A stretch of DNA of 64,000 nt. Source: an uncultured Candidatus Saccharibacteria bacterium. Its GTDB lineage: Bacteria > Patescibacteriota > Minisyncoccia > SW-4-49-11. The notes under the pieces were generated by a model that was not told where the DNA came from, made no database searches, and saw only the letters and a program-made list of their open reading frames with translations. The stretch is from contig CAZWIJ010000002.1 of assembly GCA_964633865.1 (NCBI GenBank), positions 628 through 64,627 on the forward strand, read 5' to 3'. A program made the position numbers and the translations under genes. Positions 9,756 to 19,589 of the stretch are shown here, piece after piece (position 1 is the stretch's first letter; each line of letters begins with the position of its first letter).

Positions 9756-11486
9756 ATGATTGCACTGTACAGGAAATATCGTCCCCAAAACTTCAATCAA
9801 ATTTTTGGACAAAATGACACAAAAATAACCCTACAAAATGCTATCCTAACTAATAGAACAGTGCATTCCTATCTTTTCTCTGGTCCAAGAGGAACTGGTA
9901 AAACTACCATGGCAAGAGTATTTGCTAAATCTCTTAATTGTGAGAATAGAAAATTTGATGAATTTGAACCTTGTAATAAATGTTATGCCTGTAATTCTAT
10001 TAATGATAATTCTTTTGTTGATCTAATTGAGATTGATGCTGCTTCTAATCGTAAAATTGAAGATATAAGAAATCTACAAGAACTGATTCGTTTTGCTCCA
10101 AGAAAATCTAATGGCTATAAAATTTTTATCTTAGATGAAGCTCATATGCTCACTAAGGAAGCTGCTAATGCTTTCCTAAAAACTCTTGAAGAACCGCCAC
10201 ACAATGTTATTTTCATCCTAGCGACAACCGATCCCCAAAAAATGATACCGACTATTCTATCTAGAGTTCAACAGTTTAACTTTACTCCCCTATCCGCAAA
10301 TGATCTTTATCAAAAACTATCTTACATATTGGAGCAAGAAAAAGTGACTTTAGATAAACAAATTCTAAATCAAATTATAAACCTTTCAATGGGAGGTGCC
10401 AGAGATGCTGAGAGTATCTTGGGAAAAATTCTTTCTTATAAATCTGAGTCTATATCAACTGAAATAGCAGAAATGATTATAGGGAAAAACACATATCAAG
10501 CTAGTCTAGATATTCTAAACTTTATTTCATCTGATAAAATAACAGAAGCTCTGCAATTTATTAATTCTTTATCAGATTCAGGATATGATATAAATGACCT
10601 TAATAATAATCTAATCAGAAATACACATACTCTATTTTTATTAAGTATCTCAACTAATTTAATTAATACAAACTCTTTATTAGAAGATGATAAGAATTTA
10701 TTAATCAATTTATCACAAAAAAAAGATACCAAATTTTGGTCTTCCCTATTAAATTCTCTTGAGTCAAGAAAAGAATTCATCCCAAAATCTTATCTTCCTC
10801 AAATTCCAATAGAAATTGCTATTGCAGAAAATACATTATACAAATCTGATTCCATAATTATAGTTAATCCTGAACTTATCAAAGAGACATCAGAAACTAA
10901 ATCAAATCCCCAAATAATACCAAATCAAAACTTGAGTCTTCCCAAGAAACCAATTATAGAAGAAAAACCTACTCCCATAATTCCAAAGCCAGATTTAATA
11001 CCAAAGACTTCCAAAGGTTATGATAATCCTTTTAGAGCTAAAGATTTCAAACCAAAACCCAATATAGAAGTGGTACAAGAAGAGAATCAAGAGATAGATA
11101 TTTATTTTATAAAACAAAAATTTAATGATGTAAAACAAGTTTTAAATAGAAAATTCAAAACTTTTATTCCGATCATCAAAGTAGCTGAACCTATTAAATA
11201 CTTAGACAATACTCTTACTGTCTCACTACCTACTGTATTCTATAAAAATAGATTAGCAAAATTAGCTCCAGAGATTGAGCTAGTTCTAAAAGATATTTTT
11301 AATCAAGAGATAAAAGTAGATTGTATTATTGAAACAAATCCTAACTCCACGATTGAAACAAGTCTACCTATAGAAAATATTCAAGATAAAAGTCAAATAA
11401 TTGATCTTGTAGATTTAGAAGAGAATCAAGAGAAAAAAATTGTCTCCGTAGAAGATATAAAAGAAGAATTTAAAGATTTTTTATAA
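9756..11486 (+). CDS. dnaX: DNA polymerase III subunit gamma/tau
   Basis: Walker A GPRGTGKTT. Zinc module CNKCYACNSI. IEIDAASNRKIEDIRNL. Clamp-loader AAA+ layout. Confidence 0.9.
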   Translation: MIALYRKYRPQNFNQIFGQNDTKITLQNAILTNRTVHSYLFSGPRGTGKTTMARVFAKSLNCENRKFDEFEPCNKCYACNSINDNSFVDLIEIDAASNRKIEDIRNLQELIRFAPRKSNGYKIFILDEAHMLTKEAANAFLKTLEEPPHNVIFILATTDPQKMIPTILSRVQQFNFTPLSANDLYQKLSYILEQEKVTLDKQILNQIINLSMGGARDAESILGKILSYKSESISTEIAEMIIGKNTYQASLDILNFISSDKITEALQFINSLSDSGYDINDLNNNLIRNTHTLFLLSISTNLINTNSLLEDDKNLLINLSQKKDTKFWSSLLNSLESRKEFIPKSYLPQIPIEIAIAENTLYKSDSIIIVNPELIKETSETKSNPQIIPNQNLSLPKKPIIEEKPTPIIPKPDLIPKTSKGYDNPFRAKDFKPKPNIEVVQEENQEIDIYFIKQKFNDVKQVLNRKFKTFIPIIKVAEPIKYLDNTLTVSLPTVFYKNRLAKLAPEIELVLKDIFNQEIKVDCIIETNPNSTIETSLPIENIQDKSQIIDLVDLEENQEKKIVSVEDIKEEFKDFL

Positions 11487-11501
11487 AATAATCCCCTTAA
11501 T

Positions 11502-12044
11502 ATGAATTTACCTAAATATTTTGCCACTTCGAATTACAATAAATTAAAGGAGTTTAATCAAATTTTAAACACAGATTTATTACAAATTGATATTGATTTA
11601 CTAGAACCTCAAAGTTTAGATTTGATAGAAATAGCTAAAATAAAATCCAAAGATGCTTATACAAAGACAAATAAAGTTGTTTTGATCGAAGATACCAGTT
11701 TAGAATTTTTAGCTTGGGGCAAATTACCTGGGACACTCATCAAATGGTTCTCAAATTCACTTTCTAATCAGGATTTAATTAATATGCTAATTAGTTTTGA
11801 GGATAAAAGAGCTATTGCAAAAACTATTGTATCATTTTTTGATGGTGATAAATTTTATTATGCTATTGGAGAAATAGAAGGATCTATATCTTCTACTCCC
11901 AAAGGTTCAAATGGATTCGGTTGGGACTCAATATTTATACCAAATAGTAGTTCAAAAACTTTTGCTCAGATGGAATCACAAGAGAAAAATTTATTTTCTA
12001 TGAGAAAATTAGCTTTGGAAGAGTTAAAAAAGAAATTGAGTTAA
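11502..12044 (+). CDS. rdgB: Non-canonical purine NTP pyrophosphatase (Ham1/RdgB family)
   Basis: IEDTSLEFLAWGKLPGTLIKWF matches the EDSGL..AL.G.PG.YSAR motif. ATSN.NKL N-terminal motif. Confidence 0.7.
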   Translation: MNLPKYFATSNYNKLKEFNQILNTDLLQIDIDLLEPQSLDLIEIAKIKSKDAYTKTNKVVLIEDTSLEFLAWGKLPGTLIKWFSNSLSNQDLINMLISFEDKRAIAKTIVSFFDGDKFYYAIGEIEGSISSTPKGSNGFGWDSIFIPNSSSKTFAQMESQEKNLFSMRKLALEELKKKLS

Positions 12045-12084
12045 ACCTGAACTTTTAGAAATATCTATTTTCTATTTAGTAAAT

Positions 12085-12118
12085 CAAAAAAAGAGGGTGT
12101 TGTATTACCCCCTTTTTA
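12085..12118. terminator. Bidirectional hairpin terminator between convergent genes
   Basis: aaaaaaagagggtg-ttgtatta-ccccctttttag. A-run on one side and T-run on the other. Confidence 0.45.
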
Positions 12119-12143
12119 GTTTATTAACACTTATATTCTAAGC

Positions 12144-12767
12144 TTATTTCAAGACTCCTCCCCATTCCACAACTGTAAATCCTTTTCTTTCAGGAGTTTT
12201 AATTTTATAGCCTTCAACCTCAATTGGTTTATCTAGTGGTATATAATCCATCAAAACTCTAATTGTAGTATCTGGTTTTGGATTAATTTCTAATGGAGCA
12301 ATAGAATCCATTTCTTTATTTCCAAGAAAAGTAACAAAATAATAAGGTTTTTCTTGCATTTTTGGCTCCCAAAATTCTAAGAAATCCGCTATCTCTTTTT
12401 GATTTAGACCTAATTCAGTCAATTTATCGGTTAAGAATTTATTCAAGTTTTTGGTTTCTGTAATAAATCCTCTTTTAGGAGTCTTATAAATCCCCCCTCT
12501 TCCTTCCCAGAATAGGTATGGATATTTTTTATTAGAGCTAATCTCAGTCAATTCTCCTTTTGGTGTAGCCATAACTTTCCAACCATCATTATATTCAGGT
12601 TCTGTAAAGGTAAATCCTCCTTTTGGATAAACTTTAACATCAATTTTAGAAGTTTTTTCTGGGTACAAATAAATCACTGGTTTTCCACATTCGGCTGCTG
12701 GGATAAATTCCATACTAGTAAATTTGATTATTCTATCAAATGGATCAATATTTTTATCATTTCCCAT
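12144..12767 (-). CDS. Hypothetical protein (207 aa)
   Basis: Long ORF with no recognised motif. Convergent with rdgB. Confidence 0.35.
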   Translation of the reverse strand: MGNDKNIDPFDRIIKFTSMEFIPAAECGKPVIYLYPEKTSKIDVKVYPKGGFTFTEPEYNDGWKVMATPKGELTEISSNKKYPYLFWEGRGGIYKTPKRGFITETKNLNKFLTDKLTELGLNQKEIADFLEFWEPKMQEKPYYFVTFLGNKEMDSIAPLEINPKPDTTIRVLMDYIPLDKPIEVEGYKIKTPERKGFTVVEWGGVLK

Positions 12768-12860
12768 ATTCTATAAATTTTAGTTATATTTTTATAAGTA
12801 CATTTATATTATATCACTTATTTCTAAAAATATAATAAAGTTATCAACAAGAGGTATAAT

Positions 12861-14651
12861 TTATAAAGTTAACTCAAACTCTTTTATACCCTCCAAATCT
12901 TGTAGCAACTTTTCTTCATTGAGTTTATCCATATAATCTACTTGCAGATTTTTACTTTGGAGTACTGTTAGATGATATTTTATCTGATTATTATCTATAG
13001 TAATTTCTAAACTCAAACCTTGCTGGGTATCTGAAGAAAAAGTCTGATCAAAAATAAAATTACCTAAAGAATAAAAAATAGCTTTTCCATTGTAAATTTC
13101 AATTGGCTGTATCACATGAGGATGATGTCCAATCACAATATCAGCTCCTGCATCTATAAATTGATGAGCTTTTGATTGTTGAGAATTTGAGAAAACTTTT
13201 TTATATTCTATTCCCCAATGTGGATTTACAATAATAAGGTCTGTTTTGTCTGACAAATTCTTTATCTCTGCCAAAATTGGTGCCAAATCTGGATTACTAA
13301 ATTCATGATATCCCACAAAACCTATCTTATAACCTTTAATTTCTTTTATTAAACTTAAATCTTGATTCAAAGGATCTCCAAAATATTCTATTTGATTTTG
13401 GCTTAAATATTCTCTAGATTGAGCTAAGCCTTCTTTCCCAAAATTGAGTGAATGGTTATTAGCAAGTCCAAACAATCCAAAGTTTAATTCCTTTAGAGTT
13501 GGGACAATTTTAGGATCAAAAGTAAAAGACATATTATTTGGAGCAAGAGCTTTGGGTTTATAATCAGTAAAAGATCCTTCCAAATTAGCAATAACCAGAT
13601 CTTTTTCCAACAATTTTTCTTTTAGATTCACAAAAGAATATTCTACTCCTTTTTGATTAATAATTTGCCTAACATATCTATCCAACATCATATCTCCAAA
13701 AAACCATAAGTTGACTTTGTCTCGACTTTGTTTTGTTGGCTCACCTTTACTAAAATAACCTACAAGATAGCTGACAACTTCTTCTAAATCTGGATTGTTT
13801 AGTATTTTGGTAGAATTTGTATTTTTCAGTAATTCAAACTTTTTATATCCAACTTTTTCCAATATTTCCATATTAATTTTCAATGTTTTTGGAGAATCCA
13901 CATCCACTTCGGAGAAATTAGCATAGTCAAATTTTTGGATAATATTTAGACTTTTCTCGTCATTTCGATCACATAAATCACTGTCTGTATTGTGACAAAA
14001 ATCTAGCGAAGCCACAAAAAGATATTTTTCTGGTAAATTATCTGATAAAGTCTCAATAAAATTTTGTAAATCTGATTCTCTTGTTATGTCTTTGGTGATA
14101 ATGGGTAGAATCTTAGCATTAGGTAGATTTCGCTTGATAAATGGAACAATTCCAGAAATTCCATGCTCATTCAAAAAAGGCTTCTCGTCTATATTAATTA
14201 CTTGATCTCTTTTTAATAAATTAATCATATCCAAATCTGGTTCCAAAGTTCCATAGGGAGTTTTCCAACTATATTCAGAAGTTATCAAGCCCCCACTACC
14301 AGCTCCAAAATGATTTGGACTCATCAAAAACACTGTTAGCTCTTCATTAGTTTTCACTTGATTAAAATTTTCTGCTATAAGGTTTTTAGCAATCAAATGA
14401 TGAGGAACGATAATGGCTTTAATATCTTTTTTCTCTGTTGGCACTGATAAATTTTGGAAAGCTTCTTCAAAAAAATTTTTATCTTTAAGATAAGAATAAT
14501 GAATATTTGGATTTTCTGTACTTATAACAGACCCTAGTTGAACTAAATTATCTTTGTTATTTATTGTTTGATTTTTATTCCAAAGGTACACAACACTGAA
14601 ACTTAGAGCAGATATTAGTAGCAATATTATATATTTTAATTTTGTTTGCAT
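12861..14651 (-). CDS. Signal-anchored fusion: Memo1/AmmeMemoRadiSam-B-like domain + CapA/PGA_cap metallophosphatase-like domain
   Basis: N-terminal TM. AIIVPHHLIAKNL...LMSPNHFG...WKTPYGTL (Memo-like). C-terminal LWFFGDMMLDRYV...NPHWGIEYK...IGHHPHVIQP...YSLGNFIFDQ (CapA-type). Confidence 0.5.
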   Translation of the reverse strand: MQTKLKYIILLLISALSFSVVYLWNKNQTINNKDNLVQLGSVISTENPNIHYSYLKDKNFFEEAFQNLSVPTEKKDIKAIIVPHHLIAKNLIAENFNQVKTNEELTVFLMSPNHFGAGSGGLITSEYSWKTPYGTLEPDLDMINLLKRDQVINIDEKPFLNEHGISGIVPFIKRNLPNAKILPIITKDITRESDLQNFIETLSDNLPEKYLFVASLDFCHNTDSDLCDRNDEKSLNIIQKFDYANFSEVDVDSPKTLKINMEILEKVGYKKFELLKNTNSTKILNNPDLEEVVSYLVGYFSKGEPTKQSRDKVNLWFFGDMMLDRYVRQIINQKGVEYSFVNLKEKLLEKDLVIANLEGSFTDYKPKALAPNNMSFTFDPKIVPTLKELNFGLFGLANNHSLNFGKEGLAQSREYLSQNQIEYFGDPLNQDLSLIKEIKGYKIGFVGYHEFSNPDLAPILAEIKNLSDKTDLIIVNPHWGIEYKKVFSNSQQSKAHQFIDAGADIVIGHHPHVIQPIEIYNGKAIFYSLGNFIFDQTFSSDTQQGLSLEITIDNNQIKYHLTVLQSKNLQVDYMDKLNEEKLLQDLEGIKEFELTL

Positions 14652-14687
14652 AGATTTATTTTAGTATCTTATAAAAATATTTTTTTA

Positions 14688-17600
14688 TCAACCTAAAATT
14701 TTTCCACCTAATACTCTTTCTACTTCTTTTATATCAGTAATTCCTTTTAAAACAGCCATTATTCCAGCCATTTCTAAAGTTATCATACCTTCTTTAATTG
14801 CAATATCTTTTAATTCCTGAACATTTGTCATCTTTGGGATTAGTTTTTTTATTTCATCAGATATCACAAATATTTCGTAGATAGCTTGGATTCCCGAATA
14901 TCCGCTTTGATTTTTAAGAGATGGTGATGATTCATAGATAAAATCTTTCATATGATGACTATATTTTATACCTAATTTTTGTTTCAAAATTTCTTTTTCA
15001 CTATCTGTTAGCATTCTTTTTTGTTTGGTTTGTTCATCTAATTTTCTAATAATTCTTTGGGCTACACTAACATTTACAAAAGTTGCTATTTCTGTGAGCC
15101 CAATACCTAAATCGACTAATCTAAGTATTGCCGATGCTGCATCATTGGTGTGAAGTGTAGATAAAAGCAAATGACCTGTGGCTGCTGCTTGAATTGAAGT
15201 CTCAGCTGTCTCTTTATCTCTAATCTCTCCTATCAAAACAACATTTGGATTTTGTCTCAAAAGAGCACGAAGAGCATTAGAAAAAGTATAACCTGATTCA
15301 TTATTTACTGAAGTTTGAAGTATACCTGACATTTTATACTCAATTGGATCTTCAATGGTAATAATTTTTACACCTGGTTGATTGATTGTGTTTAGAGCTG
15401 CATATAATGTTGTAGATTTACCTGCTCCTGTTGGACCTGTGACTAAGATTAATCCTGTTGTTTTCTTTACTTCTTTTTCTAAAATAGCAAGATTATACTC
15501 ATCCATACCAAGTTCTGTCAAAGTTACTCCTTCAATATCTGATCTTAAGATTCTAAGTACTATAGTCTGTCCATATCCACCAGGAACAATTGAGACCCTA
15601 ACATCAAAATTTTCTTCTCCAAAAATTGTAAATCTTCCCTCTTGAATTTCATTAGCTATATCCAATCTCATTCCTGACATTATTTTTACTTGTCCTAGAA
15701 TCTGAGGATAAACTGATTTGGATAATCTAACAGCTTCCATCAAAACTCCATCTACTCTAAATCTGATTATAAGGTTAGCATTGTCTGGTTCTATATGAAT
15801 ATCTGTAGCTTTAGATTGAACTCCTGTTGCCATTATGATTTGTAATTGTTCGTCAATACTCATATCTTCCTTAATTTGATTAATTGTATCTAAAGTTACA
15901 TTTGTCTCTTTGTATTTCTTTAATCTCACTCCTCGGGATAGAGATGATGTCAAACTAGCTTCATAAAGATCATCTATATAATTTGTATTACCAGCAACTG
16001 ACTCAACTTCTACAAGTGAAGTTTCACCATCTAATGCATGCAAAACTCCATCTTGATAAAGTGTGATCATACCATTTTCGATGGATTTTCTAAAAATTTT
16101 AAATTCTGATTCATTCTTTAAGATTAAATCTGCAATATTCTCTTTCATCTCAAAAAGTTCATAAATTGCAAATCTACCTTTATATCCAATCCCTAAACAT
16201 TCTGGACATCCAACTGGTTTATATAAAGTATCCAAATCTCTTGGAATTGTAAGCCCTGATTTAGGAGAAATAACAGCCAAAGCTTTATTGATTTTTTCTT
16301 TTTCTATTTCATCTGGATGATATTCTTCCTTACAATGAGGACATAATCTTCTTAATAATCTCTGTGCCACAAAAAGATTCATAGCAGACACAACAACATT
16401 CGTATCCACATTAAATTCCTTCAATCTGGTCACAATTCCAATAGAATCATTTGTATGAATAGTAGAAAAAACTAAATGACCTGTAATCGCAGCATTGACA
16501 GCTATATTAGCTGTCTCCTTATCTCTAATCTCACCTACCATAACGACATCTGGATCTTGTCTCATAATAGCACGAAGTCCACTAGCAAAAGTATATCCTC
16601 TTTTTACATCTATTTGAGTTTGATTTACACTTTTAAGCCTATATTCAATTGGATCTTCAATTGTAATTATATTCACATCCGAGTGATTGATATAATTAAG
16701 AAAAGCATAAAGGCTCGTTGTTTTACCTGAACCTGTTGGACCTGAAAGCATTACTAAACCTTGTGGTTTATCTAAATTTCTAATAATTTTATCCAAAAAA
16801 ACATCTCTTATCCCAAAAGTATGCACATCTAATTTTTGCATATCTGGATTTAATAATCTCATAACAATCACCTCTCCATTTTTACCTGGAAGAATAGATA
16901 CCCTAACATCAATTGTTTTTAGTTTTACTCCATCCTCATCAGTAAGTACAATTGAAAATCTACCATCTTGAGAAGAAGTGGTAATATTAAGCATTAAAGA
17001 GGCTAAATTTTTTATTCTAGCCACAATAGATTTATAAAAAGTTTTATCAAAATTAATTATATCTTGTAAAACTCCGTCCACTCTATATCTCACCAGTGTA
17101 GAGGTTTCTTTTGGCTCTAAGTGAATATCACTTGTACCAGTAGCTAATGCTCCAGCACAAAAAGTTTGCATAAATTCTGAAATATCAGCTCCTTTTAATT
17201 TACTTGCCAAATATCCTAGACTCTCTATATTTTCTTCAAAAGTTGTCACTAACTTTTCTGGAACCAATAAAGTTTCTTTTAGGACTGGGGTTTTATCTTG
17301 AATAAATTTATATGCATCTAAACCTTTTTTTAAGCTCCTAGATGATATTAAATAGATATCCAAATTATATCCTTCTTGATAAAAGTATTGTAATAAATTT
17401 TTAGTTGTAGGATTATTTACATCCAAGAGGGCTATTTTTAGATTCATACCACCTCTTTGGAAAATAAGCATATTTGTAGCTTTAGCTTGCTCAATTGTAA
17501 TCAATTTTAAAGCTTCAGGATTGATTGGAATAAATTTAAGATTCAGATAAGGTATCCCTATTTCTTCTGCTCTTTTTTCTACAGCTAATTCTTCTGCTCT

Positions 17601-17693
17601 TACTTTCATATCAGAAAGAGTGTTAGTAAGATCTTTATCTTGCCTTAATCTTTGATGAAAACTTTTCCTTTCCCTTTCTTTTAGATATGCCAT
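14688..17693 (-). CDS. Tandem-duplicated (fused) GspE/PilB-type secretion/pilus ATPase, 1001 aa
   Basis: Two complete ATPase cores, each with Walker A (LSGPTGSGKTT; VTGPTGAGKSTT), IEDPIEY, a GEIRDKETA Asp box and an STIHTND/STLHTND His box. The first core carries the CPHC...CPEC tetracysteine; the second lacks it. A GspE_N-like N-terminal domain is present. Confidence 0.8.
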   Translation of the reverse strand: MAYLKERERKSFHQRLRQDKDLTNTLSDMKVRAEELAVEKRAEEIGIPYLNLKFIPINPEALKLITIEQAKATNMLIFQRGGMNLKIALLDVNNPTTKNLLQYFYQEGYNLDIYLISSRSLKKGLDAYKFIQDKTPVLKETLLVPEKLVTTFEENIESLGYLASKLKGADISEFMQTFCAGALATGTSDIHLEPKETSTLVRYRVDGVLQDIINFDKTFYKSIVARIKNLASLMLNITTSSQDGRFSIVLTDEDGVKLKTIDVRVSILPGKNGEVIVMRLLNPDMQKLDVHTFGIRDVFLDKIIRNLDKPQGLVMLSGPTGSGKTTSLYAFLNYINHSDVNIITIEDPIEYRLKSVNQTQIDVKRGYTFASGLRAIMRQDPDVVMVGEIRDKETANIAVNAAITGHLVFSTIHTNDSIGIVTRLKEFNVDTNVVVSAMNLFVAQRLLRRLCPHCKEEYHPDEIEKEKINKALAVISPKSGLTIPRDLDTLYKPVGCPECLGIGYKGRFAIYELFEMKENIADLILKNESEFKIFRKSIENGMITLYQDGVLHALDGETSLVEVESVAGNTNYIDDLYEASLTSSLSRGVRLKKYKETNVTLDTINQIKEDMSIDEQLQIIMATGVQSKATDIHIEPDNANLIIRFRVDGVLMEAVRLSKSVYPQILGQVKIMSGMRLDIANEIQEGRFTIFGEENFDVRVSIVPGGYGQTIVLRILRSDIEGVTLTELGMDEYNLAILEKEVKKTTGLILVTGPTGAGKSTTLYAALNTINQPGVKIITIEDPIEYKMSGILQTSVNNESGYTFSNALRALLRQNPNVVLIGEIRDKETAETSIQAAATGHLLLSTLHTNDAASAILRLVDLGIGLTEIATFVNVSVAQRIIRKLDEQTKQKRMLTDSEKEILKQKLGIKYSHHMKDFIYESSPSLKNQSGYSGIQAIYEIFVISDEIKKLIPKMTNVQELKDIAIKEGMITLEMAGIMAVLKGITDIKEVERVLGGKILG

Positions 17694-17694
17694 A

Positions 17695-18444
17695 TTATTG
17701 ATTCTTTTTCTTAATTCTGAAGTAAATAAATACTCCTAAACCAATTACTAATAATACTATTCCTAAAATTAATGGCCAAATTGGTGTTTTTGTCTCTTCT
17801 GATTCTTCTACTGAATTTTGATTATTTTGTGTTGAATTTGAATCTTGAAATCTTAGTAAAGTTGTTCCCTCTTGATCTCTTATTATTCCATTATTTGCTT
17901 GTAGTGTTTGTTCTGTTTTGGTGGAGTAGACAATGGGTTTATTTATATTTTCATCATAATAACAATCCATTATACAGCTAAGTTCTGTTTCTCCTTGCTC
18001 ATATTCACAAACATTGTTTTGGTTACAAGTAGCATATGTAGTCAAATCTATGTTCAGTTTTGCTCCTGTAGGGCTAATTATATTCAACTGTTTTGCATGA
18101 GGATAATAAGGTAACTGAATTGTATTTACTCCATTTCTTAAATTTTCTTTTACATAAATTGTCCATTTATAATCTGGTGAAAAACCTTCAAAATTAAGTT
18201 CTAAGTAATTATTGTTATTTCTAAAATTTGGATCATCTTTAAAATAGAATTCATATTCTGACTTTATATTAATTTCAGATACTTTTATATTGTTAATATT
18301 TTTATCCAAAAATAGATTATTATTTTCACTATATATATTAATATGATAATATTGCATAGAACTAGTATCTGCCCTAGATATCCTAAGACCCAATATTAAT
18401 ACTAGAATAAATATTAATTTCAGTAAGTTTTTCATATATTTCAT
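17695..18444 (-). CDS. Secreted Cys-rich protein with C-terminal TM anchor plus basic tail (paralog of 19590-20345)
   Basis: N-terminal signal peptide. CNQNNVCEYEQGETELSCIMDC. C-terminus PIWPLILGIVLLVIGLGVFIYFRIKKKNQ. Confidence 0.5.
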   Translation of the reverse strand: MKYMKNLLKLIFILVLILGLRISRADTSSMQYYHINIYSENNNLFLDKNINNIKVSEINIKSEYEFYFKDDPNFRNNNNYLELNFEGFSPDYKWTIYVKENLRNGVNTIQLPYYPHAKQLNIISPTGAKLNIDLTTYATCNQNNVCEYEQGETELSCIMDCYYDENINKPIVYSTKTEQTLQANNGIIRDQEGTTLLRFQDSNSTQNNQNSVEESEETKTPIWPLILGIVLLVIGLGVFIYFRIKKKNQ

Positions 18445-19586
18445 TTACATTTACCACTAACTTCGTCTTCCATCATTTTTTTACAAATAGTATTTGCATC
18501 TGTAGTATTTGTTTTATTATTAGGCTGACTACAACCTTTTATACTAGCCCATTGACAAAGCTTTTCATTTATTTTATTAGCAGGATTATTAAATGCTTCA
18601 CAATCAGTTAATCCTTTAGAATTTAAAAATTTAGCTACTGCCAAGTCTTGATTAGCTGGAGACATATCATAATCCATAGTACCAACTCCCCAGCCACTTC
18701 CTCTTCCTACTGTTGTTCTAGGAACATTTTTTGGAATACCAGCCGCCGCGGCCCATCCTGTCCATGTTGTATCTATCATTTGATATCTACCATAAGCTGT
18801 ACTATTACTTGCTGTTATTTTTCTAGGATGAAAATTTGGTGTATTTTTTATTGTTGAACCACCTACTGCAATATAATACGAATCCGCACTAACATTAGTA
18901 TGCTCATAAAAGTTTATCGTTCTCATAACTGCTTTTACTCCATCTGAAGCTGTTGAATCACTTAACTCTAGACAAGCTACATTTTCAGCTCCTACAGTAC
19001 TACTATTTCCTGTACCTGTTGCACCAGTATTACTTCCACTTACAGCTCCTCCCAAATTAACTTCTCTTGCCAAAAAATATGATGTACTATCACATTTCAC
19101 TCTAAATAAGCTAAAATCTTCTCCTTCTTGCTCAAATTGTAATGCATCAGATTCCGTTCCTCCTCCTCCAAATCCTATATTACTTACTTGAAATCCTAAC
19201 CCTACTAATATAAAATTAAACATTATGAATGCGGATAATGTTAATACTATTCCTAGTATTGCATTCTTAATTATGTCTACTCCTTGCTTATATTTACCTT
19301 GATCTCCTGAGGAGATTACCATATAAAATCCTCCTATTACTATACTTATTACTGCCATTACTCCTAATAATTGAAATAAAAAATTCATTATATCTCTTAC
19401 TAATATAAACATATCACATACTGTACAATCTCTTCCTACTCCACATTGTACCAATCCTCCTTCCGCTCCATACATTATATTGGGGAGCCAAATTAAACTT
19501 AGTATTACTTTTTGTATTATTTTTCTCATATAATATTTATAACTTATATTCAATTTAATTATATCATAGATTTCCTTCATCTTCAT
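18441..19586 (-). CDS. Fusion: signal peptide + VirB2/TrbC-like two-TM hairpin + Gly-rich linker + Rpf-like (transglycosylase-like/lysozyme-fold) domain
   Basis: TM hairpin IMNFLFQLLGVMAVISIVIGGFYMVISSGDQGKYKQGVDIIKNAILGIVLTLSAFIMF. C-terminal AYGRYQMIDTTWTGWAAAAG resembles the Rpf motif YYGGLQF..STW..YGG. Confidence 0.5.
   Translation of the reverse strand: MKMKEIYDIIKLNISYKYYMRKIIQKVILSLIWLPNIMYGAEGGLVQCGVGRDCTVCDMFILVRDIMNFLFQLLGVMAVISIVIGGFYMVISSGDQGKYKQGVDIIKNAILGIVLTLSAFIMFNFILVGLGFQVSNIGFGGGGTESDALQFEQEGEDFSLFRVKCDSTSYFLAREVNLGGAVSGSNTGATGTGNSSTVGAENVACLELSDSTASDGVKAVMRTINFYEHTNVSADSYYIAVGGSTIKNTPNFHPRKITASNSTAYGRYQMIDTTWTGWAAAAGIPKNVPRTTVGRGSGWGVGTMDYDMSPANQDLAVAKFLNSKGLTDCEAFNNPANKINEKLCQWASIKGCSQPNNKTNTTDANTICKKMMEDEVSGKCK
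19062..19500. repeat. ~440-bp near-identical direct repeat, copy 1 (copy 2 at ~20748-21190)
   Basis: Nucleotide sequence is almost identical across the 5' thirds of genes 18441-19586 and 20352-21221, with only a handful of substitutions visible. Confidence 0.8.
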
Positions 19587-19589
19587 TAT

